Source of the DNA: Beijerinckiaceae bacterium
GTDB lineage: Bacteria; Pseudomonadota; Alphaproteobacteria; Rhizobiales; Beijerinckiaceae
Direction: 5' to 3'
Assembly: GCA_036758905.1 (NCBI GenBank)
Contig: DAIOVR010000002.1
Span: 1 to 59,714 of the forward strand
DNA: 59,714 nucleotides
Shown: one piece after another, positions 36,378 through 44,264 of the stretch
Layout of the letters: every line of letters begins with the position of its first letter
Position numbering within the stretch: the first letter of the stretch is position 1
Program-made: the position numbers and the translations under genes
Notes under the pieces: generated by a model
The model's input: the letters and a program-made list of their open reading frames with translations, nothing else
Database searches by the model: none
What the model was told of the DNA's origin: nothing

Positions 36378-37418
36378 TCAGACTAGGGTGGCTTCGGTGT
36401 TTACGAGCGTGTCGCAAACACGAATGGGGATGCCACGGAACTCGACAACCGGCTCACCGGCATACTCCGTGGGTTTCAACAACACGTTCTTGTCGCGGAT
36501 AGCCTGAATGTCCAGGTACTCGCGGACGGTACGGTTGACATAGAATGCCGGGCTGATACCGGGCGCCGGTTCATCCGGAGCATCCGTTTCCGTAATGCCA
36601 GATGCGCGCTTGGTCAGCGTCGGTAAACGCACAACCGCCTTGCTCATGTAATAGAACAGGTCAGGCGGCGTTGAACCTTGCAGACCGACCGTTGTGGTGT
36701 CAATATTGGCAATGCGGCAAATATAACGCCAATCCTTGGTGACCAAACCCGCATTCCATTGGAAATACGAGGTATAGGCCGGGAAGGGATTGTTGGCGGC
36801 GTCATAACCCGGAACCACATCCCCACGATCTTCAAACACCAGACCAGCCTTCGACCCTTGCGGGAAAATGCCAAAGCAAGTGTTGTCACCCCAGCCAACA
36901 AGCCAGATTGAAGCGTTTGACGACCCGGTGCCACCGGCGTCAATCACGTTCTGAGCATTGGCGGCAGTGGTGGCCGTCTTGGTATTAAAGCGCGGCGAGA
37001 AACCCGTGAACTGGGTCGGAGCCGTGGACACGTTGCCATAGAACAGCGTGGTTGCCATTTGCTGGCTCAAACCTTCCAAATGGGCGTTATCTTCCGACAT
37101 GCGAACTTGTGCGACCTTGCCGCCCAATTCCGCCACCATCTTGTCAACTTGGCTATAAGCAGCCAATTGGCCAATGGCATCGGTCACTTGCGCCGTGCGC
37201 GACTTGGTGTAAGGAACGCCACCATAAGCCGCGCGCCAGGTGCCTTGCGGCAGACCGGTGCGGATCGTGCTTTTGTGACCAGTCGGCAGGTTGGATTCAA
37301 CCCACAGCATGTCCTTAAACACTTCGTTGCACTGAGACAACAATTCAGCAATTTCCGCCACCGACCCATCCGGGTCCATGCGACGGGTCACGTCCAGAAG
37401 GGAAAGGTAAGCCATCAA
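36378..37418 (-). CDS. Major capsid protein
   Basis: 346 aa, after the scaffold and before the terminator. Size and position are typical. Confidence 0.75.
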   Translation of the reverse strand: MMAYLSLLDVTRRMDPDGSVAEIAELLSQCNEVFKDMLWVESNLPTGHKSTIRTGLPQGTWRAAYGGVPYTKSRTAQVTDAIGQLAAYSQVDKMVAELGGKVAQVRMSEDNAHLEGLSQQMATTLFYGNVSTAPTQFTGFSPRFNTKTATTAANAQNVIDAGGTGSSNASIWLVGWGDNTCFGIFPQGSKAGLVFEDRGDVVPGYDAANNPFPAYTSYFQWNAGLVTKDWRYICRIANIDTTTVGLQGSTPPDLFYYMSKAVVRLPTLTKRASGITETDAPDEPAPGISPAFYVNRTVREYLDIQAIRDKNVLLKPTEYAGEPVVEFRGIPIRVCDTLVNTEATLV

Positions 37419-38272
37419 TTTGCTCCACTAGAGGCGGAATAACGTCTATCCGCGCGAGATTTAAGAACTGGTGCTTTCGGAGTGTTGGCAGCGACGGGAC
37501 GTGCAGTCTCGACGGTTTTGCCAGCGACCCAATTGACAAAACGGATGACTTCGGGATGATCCCCGGCCCCCGTTACGCGAAGCGCATTGCGTAATGCCGC
37601 TTCCTTTTCCGGCCCAACGATGGAGCCGTAGCGTTCAATAACCGCCCCCGCCTTGCGGATCGTCGTTTCTTGACGATTGCCACCAATGTCAGGGTCTTTG
37701 CGGAATTCATCTTTCCAGCTATCGCGCACTTTGTTCCATGTCTCTAATTGGACATTTTGAACCCGCTCCGCGCTTGCCTTTTGCTCGCTAATGAAGAAAT
37801 CGACCAACTGTTGACCAAGGGCTTGCGCCGCATCATGCGGCACATTGGCCTTTACTTCGAACTCACCAAGCAACTTATTAAAATCACCAACTAACTTTTC
37901 ATCCAGCTTGATGCCTTCCGGCACCGCGAATGTTTCATAAGACGGCAGAACCACGGCATCGGTCGATTCGGGCGCCTTTGCCTCATCAGACTTTGCCTCA
38001 ATTTCTTTGGCTTCCGGCTCTTTGGTCCGAGCCTCGCTTAACAGCGTTTCGCCGGTATCAGCGACCTTTGGGGTTTCAGCAGCCGCGATATCCGGCGTTT
38101 GTGCAACGTCTGGCGTTGTTGTGGGTGTCGCGTTATCGGGTGCTGAAAAAGTCGCCGGTGTCGCGCTCGCATCCGGCACAGACACCGGCGCAGTTACCGC
38201 GCCCGCCCCTTGGCTTGCAGGTGCGGGGATGGTTGCCGCAATGTCTTGAATTGGATCAGGCACGCTGGTCAT
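37415..38272 (-). CDS. Scaffolding protein candidate
   Basis: 285 aa, acidic and Ala/Pro/Glu-rich, directly upstream of the capsid gene with an ATGA overlap. Confidence 0.55.
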   Translation of the reverse strand: MTSVPDPIQDIAATIPAPASQGAGAVTAPVSVPDASATPATFSAPDNATPTTTPDVAQTPDIAAAETPKVADTGETLLSEARTKEPEAKEIEAKSDEAKAPESTDAVVLPSYETFAVPEGIKLDEKLVGDFNKLLGEFEVKANVPHDAAQALGQQLVDFFISEQKASAERVQNVQLETWNKVRDSWKDEFRKDPDIGGNRQETTIRKAGAVIERYGSIVGPEKEAALRNALRVTGAGDHPEVIRFVNWVAGKTVETARPVAANTPKAPVLKSRADRRYSASSGAN

Positions 38273-38591
38273 TCTCCGAAATCATTAAGGCGGCATTGGC
38301 AGGATCGACAGCGCACAAGAAACGCAACAGGTTTAGACCAACTTCACGTTGACCCTCGTAAAACCCGTTTTCGTGTTCCCCCGTCATACTTATGCGCTTT
38401 TCCCAAATGCCCGTATCTGAAAGGATTTGCCACAGCCATTCACGGCCATAAAGCGACCCCAAAATAGTCGCAGCGACCTCCCGCCGTTTAACTTCCCTTA
38501 CTTGCGACTCTTGCTCCGCCAGCTTTATTGCTTTTGGATCAGAGGCATCAAAGGCCGGTTTTTTGGTACGTGGACGACGCGGCAAGTTCAT
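38256..38591 (-). CDS. Hypothetical head-module protein (Bbp19-like)
   Basis: ATG 38591 with a TAAGG SD. The track ORF starts at TTG 38624. Confidence 0.45.
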   Translation of the reverse strand: MNLPRRPRTKKPAFDASDPKAIKLAEQESQVREVKRREVAATILGSLYGREWLWQILSDTGIWEKRISMTGEHENGFYEGQREVGLNLLRFLCAVDPANAALMISENDQRA

Positions 38592-38605
38592 AGCCTTAAC
38601 CACTA

Positions 38606-38615
38606 ACCCGACGCA
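38606..38615 (-). promoter_or_regulatory. Conserved box TGCGTCGGGT, copy 2 (upstream of head operon)
   Basis: Plus strand reads ACCCGACGCA. Sits 15 nt upstream of ATG 38591. Confidence 0.5.
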
Positions 38616-38632
38616 TAAGCGCAAATGTTCAA

Positions 38633-38683
38633 ATGGGTCACAGATGGGTGCTAAATGATGTAATGATGGGTGCTGATATGGGT
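38633..38683. repeat. Four direct ATGGGT(GCT) repeats in divergent control region
   Basis: ATGGGT at 38633, ATGGGTGCT at 38644 and 38666, ATGGGT at 38678. Spacings are 11, 22 and 12 nt. Confidence 0.6.
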
Positions 38684-38705
38684 AAAAAGCAGTCTTGAAA
38701 ATTGC

Positions 38706-38715
38706 TGCGTCGGGT
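38706..38715 (+). promoter_or_regulatory. Conserved box TGCGTCGGGT, copy 3 (upstream of RHH gene)
   Basis: The only plus-strand copy, oriented toward the plus-strand gene starting at 38755. Confidence 0.5.
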
Positions 38716-38754
38716 TATCATTAATTCATAAATCAACCATCATGAGGCCAAGGC

Positions 38755-38940
38755 ATGATGTCCACTAGCGCAGAGACAAACGCCCCCGTTGCGTACCCAT
38801 TGGTGCGCGTCAATTTATATATGGCTGAACACGTCATTAGGCTGATCGACAATGAAGCAATCCGCCGTGGTGTCAGCCGGTCAGAAATGATCCGGCGCGG
38901 GCTTGATCCGATGTTGGAAAAATTACGGGGTGCCAGGTGA
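38755..38940 (+). CDS. Ribbon-helix-helix (CopG/Arc-like) DNA-binding protein
   Basis: RVNLYMAEHVIRLIDNEAIRRGVSRSEMIRRGL (beta-strand plus two helices). Opposite strand to the surrounding virion genes. Confidence 0.65.
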   Translation: MMSTSAETNAPVAYPLVRVNLYMAEHVIRLIDNEAIRRGVSRSEMIRRGLDPMLEKLRGAR

Positions 38941-39068
38941 CAGACATTCAATTTGCAACACTTGTTGCTCTTATCGTGGCCATTGGTCCATTGTGGCTTT
39001 TGGGTATAATCCAATGGTCAATGTCTATTTATGACGAATATCATCGCCGCAGGGGATATTGGAAATAA
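38937..39068 (+). CDS. 43-aa hydrophobic peptide (single TM), coupled to RHH gene
   Basis: GTGA overlap with the RHH stop. FATLVALIVAIGPLWLLGIIQW followed by a basic tail HRRRGYWK. Confidence 0.4.
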   Translation: MTDIQFATLVALIVAIGPLWLLGIIQWSMSIYDEYHRRRGYWK

Positions 39069-39089
39069 TACCAATTGTGACACGCGCAA

Positions 39090-39254
39090 TCAGCGATGAT
39101 AATTTAATTTGACCGCTTGAGCATAAAGCAGATTAAACGCGCGATCAGACAATTCAATGCGCACCGGCTGACCATTTGATCCAACGCCGGTAATCAAATA
39201 TTGCTGGCCGTCATAACTTAAATTGGCTGTTTGAGCGGGCTTATAATCATCCAT
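39090..39254 (-). CDS. Hypothetical small protein
   Basis: ATG 39254 overlaps the upstream stop (ATGGATGA). The track ORF extends to 39371. Confidence 0.35.
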   Translation of the reverse strand: MDDYKPAQTANLSYDGQQYLITGVGSNGQPVRIELSDRAFNLLYAQAVKLNYHR

Positions 39255-39477
39255 GGGGCGCTTCCAACCATGAATCGGGGAAACCTTCTCTGATTTCCAT
39301 TGGCACAGGCCCGCTTGACGGTATCCGCCGCACATAACCGCTTGACGTGCATTTGTATGCCTCAAAGGCACAAGACGCCAACATTTGTTCGCGGCCCGTT
39401 GAATTTAGCTTTTTGCCGTTAATCCGGATAGATCGCACATAGTCAATTAATTCATTGGGCGTCTTAACCTGAATCAC
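39247..39477 (-). CDS. Hypothetical small protein
   Basis: ATGA overlap with the upstream gene. Confidence 0.4.
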   Translation of the reverse strand: MIQVKTPNELIDYVRSIRINGKKLNSTGREQMLASCAFEAYKCTSSGYVRRIPSSGPVPMEIREGFPDSWLEAPHG

Positions 39478-39782
39478 TTTAGCGCCTTTCTCATATCCGC
39501 AATGACCTCCGGATGGTCATTGATAAACTGCAATAGAAACGGGGATATTGCCCGAATAACCCGTTCCTCCTCTTTCATTGGCAATCCAACCATAGACGTG
39601 CGGAATATCGTGTGAAGTAATTCATGCAAGAATGTTTCAGCTCGCACTTGCTGTTCTAAATCTTGGTCAATCCTGATTGTGGATTTGTGATCCAGAAACA
39701 CGCCTTGGGTGTCATCGTAAAAATCATATAGCTCTACTTTGATTTTTCGATACCCAACGCGGATTTCTGTTGGAAGTTTCAT
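39474..39782 (-). CDS. Small HExxH protein (putative Zn-metallopeptidase-like)
   Basis: FLHELLHTIF motif. ATGA overlap with the phosphoesterase stop. Confidence 0.45.
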   Translation of the reverse strand: MKLPTEIRVGYRKIKVELYDFYDDTQGVFLDHKSTIRIDQDLEQQVRAETFLHELLHTIFRTSMVGLPMKEEERVIRAISPFLLQFINDHPEVIADMRKALK

Positions 39783-41146
39783 GCCGCCCACCGTACCCAA
39801 TCAGATTGATTAACCGTCACTTGATCTTCGAGATAGACCGGCACTTGGAATGTCACCCCGCGCTTAGGATGGGTCCACCAAAGAGCTTGAATAGGCGACT
39901 GATACCGCGCGCGCAGGAATAGCCGCGCATATTCGTCATAACCTTTCAACGTTCCGTTTACGATCACGCCGGGCAGCGGCAAGTATTGATGCCAATGCCC
40001 CATAATGACGGTATCGAAATCCCGGCCAATTTGAGATTCGGAACCGTGCAGCTTCACGGTCCCGCGCAGGATCGGCCCTAATGCGCCAATGATTCCATCG
40101 CCGCCCTTAACCCCCAGCGCATCACCATGGGTTAAAAGATACCGATGCCCCGCCACGCAATAATGGGCATCCGTTTCCCCAGGAATATAAAACCGTACCC
40201 GGTCATCGCCCGCAAACCGCTGTTCAAGCCACGTATAAAGCAGCCATTCATAAGACGTGTGAACCCGTTGCTTTGACCTTGGCTTTTTGCCCATACGCCC
40301 ATGATTGCCCACGACGCAAGGCACAAACACTTTGCCAAACCGCTCTGCCATGGTTTCAATGGCGCGAATCAATTGACCCATTAGCCAAACTAAAGTTGGC
40401 GCCGTCCGCATTTCATTGGTCTGGGTCAATTCATCGTGCAGGTCATCCCCGGAAATCATATCCCCGCCCAAATTGACTACAATACCGGGATATTCAGGGG
40501 ATGATAAGTGATGGATGCACAAATCAACAATGCGCTCGACCAGCGATTTTATGCGCCGTTCGGCAATTTCAAGATTGAATTCATTGACCCCCGCCACTTC
40601 AATCCGGTCAACCCGCTCGCCCACATGCCAATCTGACCACATCGTACTAGGTACGCCAGGCGCCCCCGCCACACTGGTTGAATTAACAACCCAATCAGGA
40701 ATAATGATCGGCAACCGGGACAGGTTGAATATTTCTTCCCTGATCCGTTCAGCGGATAGGCTTTCCCGGTGCGCCTCGGTCAATTGCTTTGTTAAAACAT
40801 CAATCCGGTCTTTGAACTTGATCCGCTCGCGTTCGGCAAGTGGCGTTTGATCAAGCGCAATGCTAACCGGCTCTCCCGATATTTGTTCAAATGTGCCATC
40901 CGATTTTAACCGGAATCGCGGCTTTTCATTGGCAGCTTTCGGTATCTCTGACGCAACCAGACCTCGTTTAAACCCGGCATTACACCGCGTTTCGAATGTC
41001 CCGCGCGGGATTCCCTTGTCTCCCGTGGGCTGCATTTGCTTATCAAGAACCGACGCAAATTGCGACGCCATCAAATGCGTTTTATGCCGGGCATATAAAT
41101 CCACAGCTTCTTGCAATGCCCATTGTGGAATTTTATGCCCGGCCAT
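39779..41146 (-). CDS. Calcineurin-like metallophosphoesterase with ~170-aa N-terminal extension
   Basis: The full motif set is present: SDWHVG, GGDMISGDD, VVGNHG, LLTHGD, IMGHWHQ. Confidence 0.75.
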   Translation of the reverse strand: MAGHKIPQWALQEAVDLYARHKTHLMASQFASVLDKQMQPTGDKGIPRGTFETRCNAGFKRGLVASEIPKAANEKPRFRLKSDGTFEQISGEPVSIALDQTPLAERERIKFKDRIDVLTKQLTEAHRESLSAERIREEIFNLSRLPIIIPDWVVNSTSVAGAPGVPSTMWSDWHVGERVDRIEVAGVNEFNLEIAERRIKSLVERIVDLCIHHLSSPEYPGIVVNLGGDMISGDDLHDELTQTNEMRTAPTLVWLMGQLIRAIETMAERFGKVFVPCVVGNHGRMGKKPRSKQRVHTSYEWLLYTWLEQRFAGDDRVRFYIPGETDAHYCVAGHRYLLTHGDALGVKGGDGIIGALGPILRGTVKLHGSESQIGRDFDTVIMGHWHQYLPLPGVIVNGTLKGYDEYARLFLRARYQSPIQALWWTHPKRGVTFQVPVYLEDQVTVNQSDWVRWAA

Positions 41147-41153
41147 GGTTCAC

Positions 41154-42839
41154 CTATGCCGCAACTTGAACTTTAACCGTCTCAGGCGGCAAATACCTTG
41201 CTCGCTCCTCATCGGTTAAGGTTGCAGGGTTTTTGCACGTGACTTCCAACGTCCCCAAATGAACCACTTGGAATGTCAAATCAACATCGCACCAGATTTG
41301 ATACCCAGCTTTGCGAACCTTGCGACAGAAATTCAAATCTTCCGAAAAATACAAAAATTCTTTGCCGTCATGGCCCAAAGTGTAATTCTCGTTGATCCAC
41401 TCCGCTAATGGCGTGCCATCCAAACTGTCCAAAACCTCTTGCGGCGGCACGTCCGTAAAATAATCTTTCAGCAAAGATTTGAACCCATCCAGCCGGGTTT
41501 CACCTTGCCAATGATAGGTTTCAAAATATGACGGCCATTGCGTCTTGCGGTACACATCACATTTGACCAGCAACAACCCGCCAGGCAGCAACAAAGCTTC
41601 CTGTAACCCGCCTTCCATAACCGATTGCGGGTTTTTAAAGGTCCCCAATGTTTCATAGGGCGGCACGCGCTTATTATAAGTCGCGCCCACAATGTCTTTC
41701 TTGTGGTTCAACAACCGAATAAGCGTATCCGGTGGAAACTTCATATCTGAATCCACCCACAGGATAAAATCGCATCCTGTATCCAAAGCTTTTTGAACCG
41801 TGGAGTTGCGGGAATGCGTAATCATCGAAGATTGAACATTGATAATGGCGGTATCAATCCCGGCCCGTGCCGAATAAGTCAGCAGCCCCGCCACATCAAC
41901 CGCCGTTCCCGCTTCCCATGTCCGGCCAGATGGAATAGCAATACCCACCCGCAACGGACGCGGGATGGATTTTTTAATCTCAGCAATGTGCTTTTCAGCC
42001 GCCGCTTTGATTTGCAAATACTTGTCAGATGGCGCGTGATCCATCTTGGCCGACACTTGCTTGATCAATTCCGGATTGCGCAGGTGCTTAATCTTTTCAT
42101 AGCAAAAGGCTTGGGCTTGCGGCAAACGTTCAAGCATGGCCCGGAACGCAGCCGTTTCTTTGCCGCCAAACGCCACTTCACCCAGAATAAACGCGTCTCG
42201 GCACCGAACAGGATGCGTTGCCTCAAAATAGCCAAGCCAAAATTCAAACTCAACCAAACCGTGAGTAAGCCCCTTGCCTTCGGGCATTAACACATCAAGA
42301 TCAACCTCGATCAATTGGCCAAACACCGTGGCGATTTCATCCCACCACGTATCGCCAAACCAATTTGGAAACCCATTGGGCATGAAATACCCAAGTGTCT
42401 CATAGACCTTGCGAGGAATGACCGGCAGAGACGGAAACCCCTGATGCCCCGCATCCCGCAGGTGCATGACCCCAATCCCATTGACCAGTCCCTTGGCCGC
42501 ATTAAAAATGCGATTGGGCCATTTGGCATCATCATCCAAAGTATAGTCATCGGCAAAAGCCATCAGATACTTACCTTGAGATTTTTCAGCCAAAGCATTG
42601 TAAACCGCTGCCAATGTCCCATGTCGCTCACCCAGCACGACGGACAATTGCCGACCGGGGATTTCAAGCGTGCCAAGCAATTCAACCGCTTCGGTATAAG
42701 TTGAATCGTCGTCGTCTAGTGCAATAAGCACTTCGACATTTGGCGGGATTTTGCGGTTAATCATCAAAGATGATACGGCGCGCAAAAGATTGCCGGGACG
42801 ACCCCGCGACGGGATCAGGACAGAAATTTCAATGGTCAT
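41154..42839 (-). CDS. Two-domain GT-A glycosyltransferase
   Basis: N-terminal domain ISVLIPSRGRP...VLIALDDDD. C-terminal domain VGIAIPSG...FILWVDSDMKFPPDTL (DxD). Confidence 0.7.
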   Translation of the reverse strand: MTIEISVLIPSRGRPGNLLRAVSSLMINRKIPPNVEVLIALDDDDSTYTEAVELLGTLEIPGRQLSVVLGERHGTLAAVYNALAEKSQGKYLMAFADDYTLDDDAKWPNRIFNAAKGLVNGIGVMHLRDAGHQGFPSLPVIPRKVYETLGYFMPNGFPNWFGDTWWDEIATVFGQLIEVDLDVLMPEGKGLTHGLVEFEFWLGYFEATHPVRCRDAFILGEVAFGGKETAAFRAMLERLPQAQAFCYEKIKHLRNPELIKQVSAKMDHAPSDKYLQIKAAAEKHIAEIKKSIPRPLRVGIAIPSGRTWEAGTAVDVAGLLTYSARAGIDTAIINVQSSMITHSRNSTVQKALDTGCDFILWVDSDMKFPPDTLIRLLNHKKDIVGATYNKRVPPYETLGTFKNPQSVMEGGLQEALLLPGGLLLVKCDVYRKTQWPSYFETYHWQGETRLDGFKSLLKDYFTDVPPQEVLDSLDGTPLAEWINENYTLGHDGKEFLYFSEDLNFCRKVRKAGYQIWCDVDLTFQVVHLGTLEVTCKNPATLTDEERARYLPPETVKVQVAA

Positions 42840-42852
42840 GCCAAAGCCCTTT

Positions 42853-43092
42853 TTAATTGCGATACGGAATAATCAAACCCGTCCCTTTGCGCATTAAGCG
42901 TTCTGTTTTTTCGCTCATTTCTTCATAGATGCCCGCCATAGCAAGCCAGTGCATTGACTTGCGCGAATGAGCCATGCCGCGCGCCAATGTGTGCAATTGC
43001 GCCAAATGATCCTTCATGCGCAGGAACAATTCGCGCTCGTTAATTTCAGAACCAATATGGTTCTGATATGCTTTCATCGTTGTTTCAGCCAT
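42853..43092 (-). CDS. Hypothetical small protein
   Basis: ORF track entry, co-oriented. Confidence 0.45.
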   Translation of the reverse strand: MAETTMKAYQNHIGSEINERELFLRMKDHLAQLHTLARGMAHSRKSMHWLAMAGIYEEMSEKTERLMRKGTGLIIPYRN

Positions 43093-43230
43093 GATTCAAT
43101 TCCCCTGTTAAATGTCGGCTTGCCATCCTTATCCGTTTCAAAGCCCCTAAAGCCGGGCGCCCGGACACGCAGGACAGCTTGGTATGCTCGGACAGCCGAC
43201 TTACCCGCCGGAAATGGCGCCCCACGAAAC

Positions 43231-43770
43231 TCAAGCAGACAACTCACGCAGCTTGGCCAGCCGCGCATTCAAATCACTCAGCTTGGCCGCAGCTTCGGCC
43301 TCGCGCGCCTCAATTTCAGCCTCGCGCTCATCCAATGCTTTATGCGCCGCCAATATCTGATCCCTGGCGGTTTCAATGTTTTCTTCGTGGTCCTCGACCG
43401 CCATTTGATGATCCGCCGCGACCTTGGCTGCTTGCGCATTGAAGGCTTCTTGCGCTGCATTCAAATCAGCCTCGCGCTGATTCAAATCATTCTCGCGCGC
43501 GTCTAGCGCCGTTTTGCGCTGATCCAAATGCGCCCGGATGCCTTCTTGAACATCCGACAATTGGTCAATTTCCACCTTGCGCTGATCCAAGGCTTTTTCC
43601 TTGGCCACCACGTCCGTTTGAGCCTCATTGACTTCGGCCAGTAAAGCCGTGTTTTGCTCAATGGCATCTTTCAACGTGGCAATGACCTGCCCCGTGGTCG
43701 CGGAATCAGACAAAAGCACAATCAGACCTTCAAGTGTGCCAAGCCCCTTTAAGGTGCTTTCCATTGGCAT
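43231..43770 (-). CDS. Coiled-coil protein
   Basis: Long heptad-like Ala/Glu/Gln/Asp-rich sequence. ATG 43770; the track ORF starts at 43788. Confidence 0.5.
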   Translation of the reverse strand: MPMESTLKGLGTLEGLIVLLSDSATTGQVIATLKDAIEQNTALLAEVNEAQTDVVAKEKALDQRKVEIDQLSDVQEGIRAHLDQRKTALDARENDLNQREADLNAAQEAFNAQAAKVAADHQMAVEDHEENIETARDQILAAHKALDEREAEIEAREAEAAAKLSDLNARLAKLRELSA

Positions 43771-43799
43771 GTTTAATCCACCAAACATTGTCCCGATCC

Positions 43800-44099
43800 T
43801 TATGTGTTAGAAATCACAGATACGGACGTTCCGCCGCCCGCTGGCACCGCAAAATATTCCGTTGAGTTTTGATACATCCGTGGAGACGTTGCCGCCGCAG
43901 CCACGTTGAAATCTACCGAGCAAGTGGCATCCGGATGCAGCCGCACCATGACCGTTTTGGGATTAAAGAACGCCGCGTAGGTCACGCCCGCCGTGATGGC
44001 CACCTTCTGCGTTGCCAAATACGGTTGATGACCAATCTGGCCAATCTGGTTTCCCACCATGCCCAATGACGAAAATTCAGTTACATAAAGATTGGCCAT
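43800..44099 (-). CDS. Hypothetical protein
   Basis: ORF track entry, co-oriented. Confidence 0.5.
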   Translation of the reverse strand: MANLYVTEFSSLGMVGNQIGQIGHQPYLATQKVAITAGVTYAAFFNPKTVMVRLHPDATCSVDFNVAAAATSPRMYQNSTEYFAVPAGGGTSVSVISNT

Positions 44100-44102
44100 G
44101 GC

Positions 44103-44264
44103 CTAACCCCCGCTCAATTTGGCAAAAATAACGCGCCAATGATTGGGCATCGGATCAGAACCAACCACCGCCCATCCGGCAGCACCATGCGCGTTTAATC
44201 GTTGAGCCAATTCTTCCGGTGTCATCCGTGGGAAATCGACCACGTTATACTCGTATGTGTTCAT
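44103..44264 (-). CDS. DUF4177-like small protein (53 aa)
   Basis: YEYNVVDF...ELAQRLNAHGAAGWAVVG pattern. ATGA overlap with the portal stop. Confidence 0.4.
   Translation of the reverse strand: MNTYEYNVVDFPRMTPEELAQRLNAHGAAGWAVVGSDPMPNHWRVIFAKLSGG

Noticed and set aside
38733-39014. The minus-strand 93-aa ORF overlapping the RHH gene
   Set aside because: It is a shadow ORF antisense to a gene with a clear RHH motif. It has no SD and no coupling to neighbouring minus-strand genes.
39090-39477. The overlap of ORFs 39090..39371 and 39247..39477 as a programmed frameshift or a pseudogene
   Set aside because: An internal ATG at 39254 overlaps the upstream stop (ATGGATGA). This gives two ordinary coupled small genes, and no slippery sequence was noticed.
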